DNA of 57,032 nt, the filler included, from Sphacelaria rigidula (Eukaryota), in the NCBI GenBank assembly GCA_964200075.2. It is 5 parts of 5 records of this genome, joined end to end, with 100 filler letters (N's around TTAATTAATTAA, not from the genome) between each part and the next. Parts side by side here need not be neighbours in the genome. Positions count along the whole stretch, not along the records: positions 1 to 11,328 come from CAXNAA020005055.1; positions 11,429 to 22,755 come from CAXNAA020005056.1; 3 more parts are not named here. One strand, given 5' to 3'. Made by a program: the position numbers and the translations under genes. The notes below the pieces were generated by a model that was not told where the DNA came from, searched no databases, and saw only the letters and a program-made list of their open reading frames with translations. Positions 1-12,295 of the stretch are shown here, one piece after another (positions within the stretch are counted from its first letter, which is position 1; each line of letters starts with the position of its first letter).

Positions 1-441
1 GTCATGAATTTAGGTCAGGAAAAGCACGGCTTTTGAGTTGAACATCATTTTTTTTTTCAACCAAATTTTCGAAAATCGGCTGTTATTAGATGCTTGCTAA
101 CCGGCGTTGGACTAAAAATGTCCATGGTTGACACAATTTTACAAGTATCGCTACCCCTACCCCTAACCCCAACCCAGCGCATACCTAGAACCCTCGGGCA
201 AGGGCGGCACATAGCATTCCCTAGGCAAAGTGCGGCCTTGGTACACCCCAAATCGGCGCCCATGGCGCTGATTTCAACGAGGACGCATTCTGCGCACGGG
301 AGCAGCACACAGGACGGTCCGTCCTACTGAAATTCCGATTCTCGTTGAACACACTCAAATCAAGTAATATCAACCAAGGACATTTGTAGCCCAACGCCGG
401 TCAACTCTACTGAAATACTACCGCAGACTCGTGGAGGGAAG
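1..441. mobile_element. Right part of a Stowaway/mariner-like MITE, cut by the window start
   Basis: Ends in ...GCAGACTCGTGGAGGGAAG|TA. Its reverse complement CTTCCCTCCACG resembles the CTTCCTCTGT termini of the MITEs at 16456, 18199 and 28695. The partner TIR is not visible. Confidence 0.45.
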
Positions 442-2448
442 TAATCACTTCGTGTTGACTGCCTGCCCCCCCCTCCTCCCCGTCTCTGCCTGTCCCACCG
501 CCACCACCGCTAGCCCCCCCCGCAGAATGTGAAAACCTTCCCATGTAACCGAAATGGAGCATGGCACACCGCAGCTGCCACCTCGCTCGCTCCTACGGCA
601 CACCAACGGTGCGTAGGCGTTGACCAAAACCGCGGCAATAAATCGATAAATTTCCAAGAACTTGGTTCATTTTCATCATCTTGTTTCCAAACGGGTTGGA
701 CCGGCACTACGGAAAGAGCGAGAGGGCATGTGTGTGCGTATGCGTGCGCGTGTGATTACCACATGAACCTTGCTACAGAGCCATCGTGCCACTCGAAAGG
801 CTGGAAGAGGAACACGTACACAGTACCCGCGTTAACCAAAGCGCACGCGGTCACTCCGGCCAGCAGCGACCACCAGCTACGTTCCTCAAACACCAAGTGC
901 GATAGGAGAACTGGAACAGTCAAGTATCTTGTCTCGGGGGGAACGAGAGAAACGACAACCCGCGCGCCGGCGAGGGAGGAGGCGGAAGGGTGGTATATCT
1001 GTTAGTTCTGAATCGTGAGAAGCTATTTCTAAATGGCGAAGTGAAACATGTGAAACGAACCGTTACTGGCTTGCAGCTCTCCGTCAAGGACACATACCGC
1101 CATACGTTATGTCTGACATACTGAGCCCTCTGAACAGCTGGATTAGCTGCACATGATTCAACGAAACATGGACAACTGGTGAGGAAAATCGAAATTTCCC
1201 ACACACCTCAATGGGGTGTGCCGCGGTCTTCAGGCAACTCCAAAACTTCGCCGCCTTACTGCCTGTCAACGGCAATGTCAGTTCAATTCTTCTGACTAGC
1301 GGTCAATTCGTACTAATCCCTGGAAAACAGTGTAGATATTTGCTCTGAATCCAGTAATATAATCCCAACATTTGAGGCAGGTTCCGTTGTTGGCGGTACG
1401 AGTGCGATCGTGTCTGGCAGCCTCAGAACATCCCGCCTTCCTCTCTCCCTCTCCCCTCCGCAAAAAATACGGATCCCCTGTGAGGTTGGCGTCGTCGGTT
1501 GGCAATGACGCTGTCAGACACGCCAGTCACTGCGGTCGCTAGGCGATCAGGTTACCGGGGTTTTTCGGGCGCTTGCGCTTGTTTTGCGATTACCATGATG
1601 GTGGTCGAGCTAGATCATATTGTGCGGGGTGGGAGATCCTCAAATGCGCGCAAGGGGGTGATCATACAACGCGGTGTTCATATGATGAGACACCCAGGAG
1701 GCAGTGTGTGTAACCCGTGGCTGGAAGGGGCGATACCAGTATATGCAGCAACCCAGTAGAGGCTGTCATCCAAATGCAAGATAATTAATACGCTTCGGGC
1801 CGAACCATCTTAGCATGATGCAGCTCACCCTTCATGCGACTCGTCGAATACATGACGGCGCTTCGGGCTCGATGATTGATTGCGAGCCTGGTCCGGCGAA
1901 CACCCGGCGTGCTCTGTCCTGACTTTGCAGGAATGCGAGGTCAACGGTCTTATGACTACGGCATGCAAGATCGTGAGTACACCCCCGAAAAAAACATTGC
2001 GCTTGAGTAAAACGCAAAAGGTGGTGCAGCACATTTTATGACACCTCTGGGTAAATACCAAAAGCATGCTGCTCTGGGTGACTCGAGCCTGTACAATCCT
2101 ACGTTGACATGGTAAATTTTCCAAGTCTTAGCTTCAGACCCACGGCAACAGTACCACTCTTGGATGGTCATATTGCCCGTATACACGATCTACTTGACTT
2201 CGATACAAAAAAAGGCACCACAAAAAAAAACATCGACGCCGGCCGCCACCGTTACAAGCCCCTTCGCCCTCGGCATTCCTATCCGTTCTACGTGGGCGTA
2301 ACATATGGCGGCATTACACGATTATCTAGTTGGGCAGTTAATCAAGAATCACTTCGCCCATCCATCCTAATCCGCTGATGTGAACCTCCTGCCTGGTGTT
2401 TACAGCAAACGATTGCAACAAACGTCTCTGATCGGCTGCTAGCAATCA

Positions 2449-2460
2449 CACGCGCGCGCG

Positions 2461-2505
<45 letters not shown>
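2449..2505. repeat. (CG)n(CA)n microsatellite
   Basis: Read directly from sequence. Confidence 0.95.
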
Positions 2506-2507
<2 letters not shown>

Positions 2508-3701
2508 CAAAGACACGTGCCCACTTTGTTTGATCACCTTGGCTCAACCAGAGGAGACGGCACCAGCACCACCGCGCACGCTGCCGCGAAGGTCATCATC
2601 CAAAGTATCTCCTTCTTCTCAAGCAGACGAGAAGCAACTAGCCAACCGCAGTACACGTAGCCTGGAGCCAGCAGAATTCGCACGGCAGGGCGACTCAACA
2701 ATCGTCGCCACACGTAAAAGGTGAAGTGCCGATTGTCCGCCAGTACAAATGGGTGCGCCAGGCTGTACCTGGTTTGTAAGATGAAGGGAGAGTCATGATA
2801 TCTTTTCAACATCAGCGTAAACACCAAGTAACAAACCCGCGTCAGCGGGCGGTTCAAGGATAAGGCATCACCAGCGGTTGAATGAGAAGGGTACACTGTG
2901 CGCAGACGCCTGGACAATCGTAGGGCGGAGGGATGGGAGTGAAAACACAGATGATCATGTATGTGTGTGTAGACCGTTCACGTGCAGTACCCAGTAGTGC
3001 CAATCATCCACACTCTGGACAATGAACACAATAATAGTCCATTGCTTCAGCAATAGACACGGGGGAAAGGCTATCGATATATGATATCGAACACGATAGC
3101 TGATGAAACACAACCGTTGATATGCACTGCAAAGGACGATAGATGTTGCAATAGTCAATTGATAGCCTATGGCAGTTAAAATAGATTAAGATCACTCGCC
3201 ATCGATGGAAATCGTGTACCGCAATACATTCTAGCATGTATATTTCGATAGCCATTGCCGTATTCAACAGGTGGATGAGCCATCCATCGATAGTCATTGC
3301 CCTTATCAATAGATTAGGTGAGCGATCTATCAACACCAATCACCGTCATCAACAGATTTGGTGAGCCGTCTATCCGTAGCCTCTGCCGCCAACAATGCAT
3401 CTTTGGGTATCCATCAATACGATCATTGCCGTCAACAATCGATTGTTCTCGGAAGCACCTATCAATATCGATAGCCAGTGACGCCAACAATAGGTTTTGA
3501 TGAATATATTGCTCACTGCAGTGGTCTTATGACGTCAACGGCAATACCCCTCACACATGAACACGCAACTACCTGAGGCGATAGCTGGCCATAGCATCTG
3601 TAAAACAAGGTGGAAAGATTCACCGAAAAATGTGCATAAAAAGCTAGTGACCGACGTCATTCAGCTACTTTTGTGGCCAGCAATATACTCGATTCAGATT
3701 G

Positions 3702-3870
3702 CACTGTGACCAGCGATATACGTTGGTGGCCGCGACTCAAATGATATTGTGACCATCAAAAGACATTGGTGGGCGCAATTTAGATGATATTGTGACCAGC
3801 AACGTGTATTGATGGCCGCGTGGCAGATCCTATTGTGATTAGCAATAGACATTGGTGGCCGCAATTCAGA
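3702..3870. repeat. Degenerate ~43-bp tandem repeat, 4 copies
   Basis: Unit approximately TATTGTGACCAGCAATAGACATTGGTGGCCGCAATTCAGATGA, starting near 3702, 3746, 3788 and 3831. Confidence 0.75.
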
Positions 3871-5378
3871 GCCTATTGCAACAAATAAAATGTATCGATA
3901 GATAACTTGGCCCCTCCATTGTCACCGCAATGATACATTCTGTCCCTTGTTCCGAATCTATTGTCGCCTACAATAGCGATTGATGGACATTGATGCCAGT
4001 CGATTATGACTGACAATGAACACTGACAGTCATATTTTCGGGGCTGTTGCAGCGCCAATGTTCTATTACATAGTCTATTGTCCAGGGTATAAGCACATCT
4101 CACCCACCCACAAAAGACATGTAAGCGCCCATGTCCATTAGAGGGACAACCATAAGTACCAATACCACACCAGCAACAAAACTTGTAAACTTTTGTTCAC
4201 ATATATTGCGGATTCCTACCAAAACAAGCTTTCCGAAATTGTAAAAACGTGACGTCATATATTCACGAGTAGTATCAATTTATACCCATTGCATGTCCAC
4301 CTCCGACTTTTCTAATGTACTTCAACGGAGTATAATATGCTCTATACGTAGTATGTTGCGATATAGGTGTGGAAACAGACGACAGAGAATATCTACCGGT
4401 AGGCATTCTATACCACAGTAGATTCTGGTATGCATGTATCGATATTCATTGCCACTATGCATAGATTTTGAACGCAATCTATCAATAGCGATTGCCGTCG
4501 GCAATAGATTTGGTATACAACCTGTCAATAGCCATCGTCGTCATCAATAGATTTGGCACGTGGTCTATCGATAGCCATTGCCGTCATCAATGGATGTTGA
4601 AAACTATAGATCGATACATTTGGTCGGCCGTAATAGATTTCGGCGTAGGGCCACAACAGACTGCTGCCCGGACAAAAGTGTGGGAAACTGGTCTATCGAT
4701 AGACATTGCCGACGACAATAAAAAGAGTAACTTGCCGATCAATGGCCATTACGGATAAACAATATTGGCATCTACTACAGCAGATTATATTGCTAGTGCA
4801 ATAGATGCCGTCTATTGCCCAGGGTGTGCAATCATCACATGAATCGATATCAACATCAAACACCGCCGGGCCCGGCTCGAGATACTTCAGCTAACATCGG
4901 GAGTATACCGTTGATACTTTTGGTAGAGCACATGATATCGATCCAGGAACAAGCAACTAAAACCTTGAGGCCTGAACGAGTTTTCACGGAGGAATTGCGG
5001 CATGCCCAGGGATCAAGATTTTTCGACATTTAAATGTAGGCATACCTAGAACTAGGAGATAAATGGACAATTTGACAGTGGGAGGTGAGACGGAGGGGTC
5101 TACCGTTTTGTCAAGGAGCAATGGGGTGGCAGAGGGAAAGAACAACGGAAATATCGGATTACTACACTTGCACTACTGCATCACAGTGTTCTCGTGGGCT
5201 CTGCTCGCCCGGTAGCACGACGGGGTGGATGCACCAGATCTTCCAAGTATATCATCCGGGAAGACAAGTTTGGCCCGACACCAAAAATAGGATAAACAGG
5301 CGGATATGGAGATGGTGACGGTTCGCTTCACGTCACGATCGAAAGCTGTACGCATGCAATAAAAAAATGTGGGCTCCT

Positions 5379-5872
5379 GATTTGATTGATCGATAGATTG
5401 TTTGGTTGGTTGTGGAACATTCCGCAATCCGTCACTAGTCCAGCCGTGGTGACAATGTTCACACGTACCCAAGCTGAATGAACGGGCAAAGCTCGCTGAA
5501 GGAGAAGAGTGGATGAGAGCACAAAAAATGAGAGTAAACAAGCAGAACACCTTGAGTGTATACATTTGTTTTTGGTCGCACTTTGAACTCCTCCCCTTCC
5601 TCAGGACGAGTCCGTGGTTTTGAGGGATCAGCCCATCTCTCCCCGGTACACGCGTTGTTTTTCGGTCTCGCGGAATGGGTCATCACTCTTTCAGCACTCT
5701 CGAACTGCGTCAACTCTCGTCAAGCAAACCCAGCAAAATACCTTTTGTTTTTTACCCGCGCACTCGTCCTTTCAACGGTGTGAATCAGATACTTAAAAAA
5801 AAAACGTATAGGGAATCGAACCCACTTTCTTCCCACCCTAATGGCGACAGTCGGATCATTAGACCACCCGGA
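5379..5872 (-). mobile_element. tRNA-derived SINE, apparently full length, with a LINE-like 3' end and (CAAT/CAAC)n tail
   Basis: Minus-strand head TCCGGGTGGTCTAATGATCCG...GGGTTCGATTCCC carries Pol III A and B boxes. The body is homologous to 22270-22565. The 3' end CTTGGGTACGT...CACCACGGCTGGA is shared with 6302-6450 and 54690-54808. Confidence 0.75.
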
Positions 5873-6301
5873 TATATATTACGTGGTTGTACAAGTGTAC
5901 GATATTCGTTGGAATGAGAAAACACTAGGAAGTGTAAACGCCAGTTTCAGGGTGTCGTACCACCGGGGGTCAAAGGGGCAGCGCGATGTGCGCACGTATG
6001 AGGGGTAAACCCAACGAGCATTAAGGTTGTCGACAGAGTTCACACACGCCCTCAACCAATCATTTGCGCAAACAAGTCGGCGCTGATTATTTTGACACGT
6101 GAACGCTCGATAAAACAAACATCAGGATCCGGTTCCTATCCACCCATCACCTCCGACACCAAAGGCTCATGAATGCTGGAACAACGCGCTCGACGCTCCT
6201 GCACTGAAATCTTCGAAATCATACATATATACAAGGTGCCCCTTCGGGAGGTTATTGCGGGCCTCGCGGGGGTGACGCAAGTCGAAAATATATGGTCAAG
6301 A

Positions 6302-6450
6302 GATTTTGATTGATTGATTGATTGATTGATTGTCGCACTTTAACTGACCTCCCCGCGGTCCAGCTGTGGTCTCATGATAGACGTACCCAAGAAAAACGAA
6401 ACTCAAAACGCTCCACGAAAAAAAACAAAAAGGAACAGAAGCAGACAAAA
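6302..6450 (-). mobile_element. Retroposon (SINE/LINE) 3' end with (CAAT)n tail
   Basis: Reverse complement reads CTTGGGTACGTCTATCATGAGACCACAGCTGGAC...GTCAGTTAAAGTGCGA(CAAT)n, closely matching 54697-54770. Confidence 0.75.
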
Positions 6451-6472
6451 TAGGACGTGGCTATATATTAAT

Positions 6473-6988
6473 AGTACGATACCCCCAGAGGGCTATGAGC
6501 TCTCGCCTCTGATACAGCAGCGTGCTCTGTCGATTAAGCTATGACGGCGCGCTGAGGACAGGACAATGCTCGCGAGAGCTGACAGTGAACGTCCCAGTGC
6601 TTCGCACGTACATTCTTCACATGGAAAGCATTCGATGGATCTGTAGCAGTTCATATTGCTAATCCTTCCACAGATGGTGTAGCCCTGCATGCAAGACCAT
6701 GTCTAGCTCACCGCAGACCAACGCTTTTCCGCTGTATAGATTAGTACACAACAGTACGATAGCCCCAGAGGGTCATGTGCTCTCGCCTCTCTTGTATAAC
6801 AAAGTGCTCTGTCGATTAAGCTATGACGGCGCGTTGAGGACAGGACAATGCTCGCGAGAGCTGACAGTGAACGTCCCAGTGCTTCGCATATACATTGTTC
6901 ACTTGGAATGCATTTGATGGATCTGTAGCAGTTCATATTGCTAATGCTTCTACAGATGGTGTAGCCCTACATGCAGGACTATGTCTAG
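6473..6988. repeat. Direct duplication of ~235 bp, period 280 (6473-6706, 6753-6988)
   Basis: Both copies start AGTACGATA.CCCCAGAGG and share GTGCTCTGTCGATTAAGCTATGACGGCGCG...AGCTGACAGTGAACGTCCCAGTGCTTCGCA...ATGTCTAG. Confidence 0.9.
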
Positions 6989-7044
6989 GTCCCCTACTTA
7001 CAGTTTGTGGTGTGGTGTACAGTCAAGCTCACAGAATGTGAGCT

Positions 7045-7270
7045 TGATGGTATCGTGTGCGTGGGCTCTGAGCTTGGGGGTAAACATAGCTCAGTGACCC
7101 CCAAGGTACACAGACAGTTCAACAACCCTCCTAGAGCAGTCTACCCGACACCCGATTGATGGCATCGTGTGCGTTGGCTTTGAGCTTGGAGCGTAAACAT
7201 AGCTCCGTGGCTCCCAAGTTACACAGACAGTTCAACAAAATCTTCTACAGCAGTCTAGCCGACACCCGAG
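7045..7270. repeat. ~115-bp tandem duplication
   Basis: TTGATGG(T/C)ATCGTGTGCGT...ACACAGACAGTTCAACAA...AGCAGTCTA.CCGACACCCGA occurs twice. Confidence 0.8.
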
Positions 7271-10200
7271 GAACTTTCCTCGTGGTCAGAAGTTCCCTAT
7301 GGACAGCACCCGTGGGTCTTGTTCAAGGTAGGACGATAGGGACAGTTGGGTTCGCATAACTGGGATCTCAGATTATTCGACTTCTGTTTGTTGCTGACTA
7401 AGGCCAAGGCAATGTTCAGTTGTTTTCAACTGCTTTGCTCTCATGTTCTCGTGACATTCGCTGCATAACCGCCGTCTTCATGCTCCCAAATCAACGAGAA
7501 TGCAAATAAAACCACGGTGTAATAACTCGCCGAAAGCTATCCTGTTCGAACGATGACCTTCAACAGGCCTTTGTGGTTCGGGTACCTGTTTCAAGTTTCC
7601 CATGATTCGAAAAGGCTTTTTAAGTTCGGGAGTTTGAGTCACTTTCGGTGGCCAGAACACGCGCCACAGGTATCAGATGACACCCAAACCTGAACGGCAA
7701 TGTTCCGCTGCGCCTTCTTCGTGCGCTGCAAAAGGAAGCGCGGGGAAAAAAGCCTCGCTGTCAGAGAAAACTCGGCAAAAGTGGTGAGAAATATGAAATG
7801 ATAACATGTACGTATAAATTCACGGAAGCGTTTCGAGACACAAGCCTAGACTCTTCTCGTCCATGGCCATGTCCATGTACCACCGACACCCCCAAGACTA
7901 AAGACGAGACGTGAAGCACAATCGTAGAGCCGGTCACTTCATGCTAAGCAAAATAACCCAGGGCTACCCTTGGCGCTTCTAGCACCGTGATTCAGCGCGG
8001 CAGATTACGGCGTTTACACTATATGTCCGCAGTACCGCGAAACTTTTGCAACAATTAGCAGTCAAGCACGGAACCACGGTAGGTCACATTCCACGTTAGC
8101 CGTGCAGACGTTACCGCGAGCATCTGGTGCCGCAACGTGGGTTTCCCGCACCATGTTGTACCGGAAAATGGCGATGCGGTGCCATGTCAACAAAATACCA
8201 CAGGAAAAACACTCACGTGCCAAATGTAAACACAAACAGAAACATGGGCTAAAGGAAGTGCGTTGCCGAGCAGAATCCAATGGACAAAATACCACTCCAT
8301 ACCGTACCGCACCTTTTGCAGATACCGAACATCGCGCACCGCCGTAATAATCGCGGAACTCGAGCACGAACGGTACTTCACAACCATCTTCCAAATTACT
8401 CGATCGAAGACAAAGCTTGAGCACACCATCAAAATCTATTTTTCATCCGCTGTGAGTGTTCACTTGCTGTGGCTCAAGCCGTGCACTTGTACGCGACGAT
8501 GATGAACCGACACTACGCAGGGTGGTTGTTTTTTCAGATGCCATTTCGCGTGTTTTCCTGGTATTTTTCTCGTGGTTACTCCGCGTCCCGAAAATACGAG
8601 CAATGCGTGTCGAGGAACGCTATGAGGTGCACAGGACGACAATGAATGCGTGGCTGGTAGCTTGGGAAATCATAGAGCTACAGGCTACTCCAGATTGAAT
8701 ACCCAAAATTTATTTCCCGGCTGATGACTCAGCCAATATGCACAAATGTGGTATCATACTGACCGCAATAAACAGACAAAAATGGTGACATAGCCATTTT
8801 GTTCAAGGCTAAAGCGGTGGCGCTATTGACAAAAGTATGTCTCGACCAATCAGCGCCCTTCAAATTGTTCCGAAAATGAAAACACGAATTCCAAGTCTAA
8901 TTTCCACCGAATCTTCACATGGTTCGAATTGTGGTAACCGTCATGAGCCTGGGGATCTAACGGGAGAAAAAGAGTTGAAGACGGTTCCAACGCGGTCGAA
9001 TTTTGCCGGAAACCGTAATGTTTCGGTGATGTGGAGCTTTGGCGTCGTCAAATTTCCACTCATGCTGCGCACGAAAGACCACGGAGCCTCGTGACGATTT
9101 CCCTTTTATCTGTTGCAGAAAAGCTCAGATCATCCTCAAACTTAGCAGTTCCGTAGGTATTGATGCTCCAAATGTATAGAATGCATTCTTAGCAAAATTT
9201 CAAAGTTTCTCCGTTCTCTACCGGCTTCCGGGGGCCCCAGCATAAAGACCCCCGGAAACCGGTACAGATTGCCTCAACACCAAAATGTTGAAAAGTTAGA
9301 GTTGGTGGTATCCCAAGGAACACGTGTATCAATTCTCGTTGCTCAACTCGAAAAACTGAATCGGCTGGGTTTTTTACCGTAAAAACAACCCTCAAAAAGG
9401 GCGATTCCATACTTCAATCAAGTAATTAACGGGGCACGCCGACTTCAGCGCACGATTTGGGATCTTCTCACGCCGTTTTTCGAGTAAAACCACGAAAAAT
9501 CCGCACACATGTTCTGGAGGGCACTATCTAAAACTCGAAGACCGGGTTTTTTTTTTGTTGGTGGTGGCTTTTCATCCAAGGTCGCGGTTGACCTACTTGA
9601 CCGGGGGAGGGGTCAGATCCCGACTATCTCGACACCAACAAAGAAAAGGGAAAACGGTCTTCGAGTTTTAGATGGTGCCCTCAAGAACATGTGTGCAAAT
9701 TTTCGTGGTCTATCTCGAAAAACCGGCGTGAGGAAATCCCGGGGAGTGAATTTTGGGCGTTCAATCTTAACCAGCTCGTATCGATTTGATTTCAGTCGTG
9801 CAATGATGTATATGCACATGTATTATTTCACATTTTTCACCACTTGTGCCGAGTTTGGGGGTCATCTGATACCTGTGGCACGTGCTCTGACCACCGAAAG
9901 TCGCTCGAACTGGCCCTGGTTCGCGGGGTGTCGATCCCGAGCCACAAAAGCCTCACCAAGATCATGTAAAATTTGAAACAAGAACCCGAACCACAAAAGC
10001 CTGTTGAAGATCATGGAAATCTTCAAACAGGATTGCTTTTGGCGGGGTATTTTTTCCGTGTTTTTCTCTTTGTCGCGTTCTTGTTCATTTGGGAACACGA
10101 ACACACAGGTTATGCCGCCAATGCCACGAGAACATGAGAGCAAAGCAGTTGAAAACAATCGAACATTGCCTTGGCCTTAGTCAGCAGCGAACACAAGAAC

Positions 10201-11328
10201 GTGCAACAGGCCGTTGGCGAGTTGGACAAGGCACAGCAGCACGGCAGCACAGGAATGGTTTGCCGCAAAAACAATTACCCTGTTTTAAAAGAAGGCCCGG
10301 TGAAGTGGAAGCCACAGTGGTGTGCAAAGAGCATGCCAAGAATATTCCACACATTCCAATTTTTCGGGAAGTGCCTCCCGCTGTCATGTCTTCGTGCCAC
10401 GAGAGCTACTACACACTCTGGCACTTTGGAAATACCACATATGCGTGTCCTACGCCGGCGGTTCCGCTGTCGGTCTCCGTCCGAACTCCCATATTTTCTG
10501 AACGACAATTGATAACATATGCAATGTTCCGTACAGCCACGATTACTACTGTACATTGAGATACAGTAGCCTCTTAACCATGTGTTTTCGACTTGCGTCA
10601 CCCCCGGGAGGCCCGTACCAACCTCCCGAAGGGAAACCTTGTACCTTGTATGAGATCAACACTTGCTGTGCTCGTGGCGAAAACTTTACGAAACGAAAAG
10701 ACCACAACACAGGCCGTCGACGTCAACAAGAGATGCAAAAAATCGAGAGCAGGACATGAAACCTGTTCCACTGAAAAACCTGGAACATGACGAATAAAAC
10801 CATACGGTTTTTAATTTTGTATATAAGTCGCTACCATTGCCGAGATACGGATCTTCGAGGTCGAGTGTCGCTGCTGGTGCTATCGATGTGATGACGATGA
10901 TGATGATGATGATGCAGTAGCGGCAGCATGCTGTGTACCGTCAAATACCTTGGCGCACTTCGATACCAAACGTTTTTTTTCAATGGATGGAGATAACGGT
11001 ATCGATATCACACTACTGGCCACCCGGCTCAATACGCTCTAGGCTGCCGCCTAAGAAGCGGGCTTTCCTTCAGCCGGTTCTAACCGACGATCTATCGCGA
11101 GTTGTGCCTACTATGACATTTTGTGGTAATCTGCAAATCAGCGCGCGTCTTTCACTTCACGTAGCACTGCGATCTGACAAGTTCCCATCAAACGAAATAC
11201 TAAACTACAGTCAGCCGCGAAGTGTAGAGAGTCGAGGGTGGCATGTGCGGCGGAATTAGGGGGAAACACGCCTGAAACCGCATTTACGGTTACAGTCAGT
11301 TGTGCCGCGGCCGCAAAGTGATGGTGCT

Positions 11329-11428
11329 NNNNNNNNNNNNNNNNNNNNNNNNNNNNNNNNNNNNNNNNNNNNTTAATTAATTAANNNNNNNNNNNNNNNN
11401 NNNNNNNNNNNNNNNNNNNNNNNNNNNN
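11329..11428. other. Artificial linker N44-TTAATTAATTAA-N44
   Basis: Exactly 100 nt, with stop codons in all six frames. Confidence 0.98.
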
Positions 11429-11732
11429 GCGAGAGCCGTTTTGATATTGTGGAATGAGATTATAAAACAAATACCCTTCTCCCTCACAAGGCTTGTACAG
11501 TCGAATTGCGACAGGCAGTCAGTACACGCAGCAACGAAATTGCAATAATATTCCGGGCTCAACCGACCGCCTTCTACTGTCGTTGCTCGAAAGCTGTTCT
11601 CAGGCAAGACCTCCCTAGTCAGCGCTTAGCGGTGCGGGTCAGGAGTGTAATGGCAAGTGGTTAATCATAGGACACCCCTGTTCCTAACCATATCTCGCCT
11701 CGGCTTAGGATGACTCTCCTCACATGACAAGT

Positions 11733-12295
11733 TGTTACGACAGAGACCCCCACGACACCTCCACCATGCATGCGACCGGGTGACAGTAGAGAAGCTCAAT
11801 TACAGGATCTCAGCCCTCATTTCGGTCACGCCAGCAAGAGTGAAGTCACCCACACGAGTTTTTTTTTCCACTCTGCATACCAAGAAGGTCTACACGAGTG
11901 TTTAATCTCTCATAATCTATACCCCCAACTGGGATGTGGCAGACTGTCTGTTGTCCTTGTTTCGCAGACGTCGGGTGAAATCAACGACTGCAATAATACC
12001 CCCCAGCTTCCGATTATTAGATCTTGCCGCAGCCATCCTTGCTCGTATGTGTGTGTGAGAGAACAGTAGCGGTGACGGGAACATCGCCCTGCATTTCGAC
12101 GGCGTGTTCTACTGCGCACAGAGGCACTTCCTGTCCAAGCAGAGAGGCAGAGAGAAATCGATGTTTGCACTTGTCGGCGGCACAGACAGACAGGAGACGA
12201 CAACCGGGGCATCCCGCGATCTTGTTTCCGCAGCTGCGCTACAATAACCAGGCTGCCCACACATGGCAACCTGGGTATGCGCTAGTACTGTAACA
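11733..12295. mobile_element. Candidate LTR, 563 bp
   Basis: Termini TGTTAC...GTAACA (TG..CA with a 6-bp inverted end) at a typical LTR length. No TSD (CAAGT / TGATG) and no clear PBS or PPT. Confidence 0.4.

Noticed and set aside
150..195. Telomere-like CCCTAA run
   Set aside because: Only a few degenerate units inside a MITE-like element; not a telomeric tract.
3702..3870. CRISPR-like array (also considered for 39832-40344 and 45975-47380)
   Set aside because: Units are degenerate contiguous repeats without unique spacers; no cas genes; eukaryotic context.
5100..5180. Retroviral-integrase-like peptide RSNGVAEGKN
   Set aside because: Only a short motif; the surrounding frames are broken and no DDE or HHCC context can be reconstructed. 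A TBLASTN/HMM hit would be needed.
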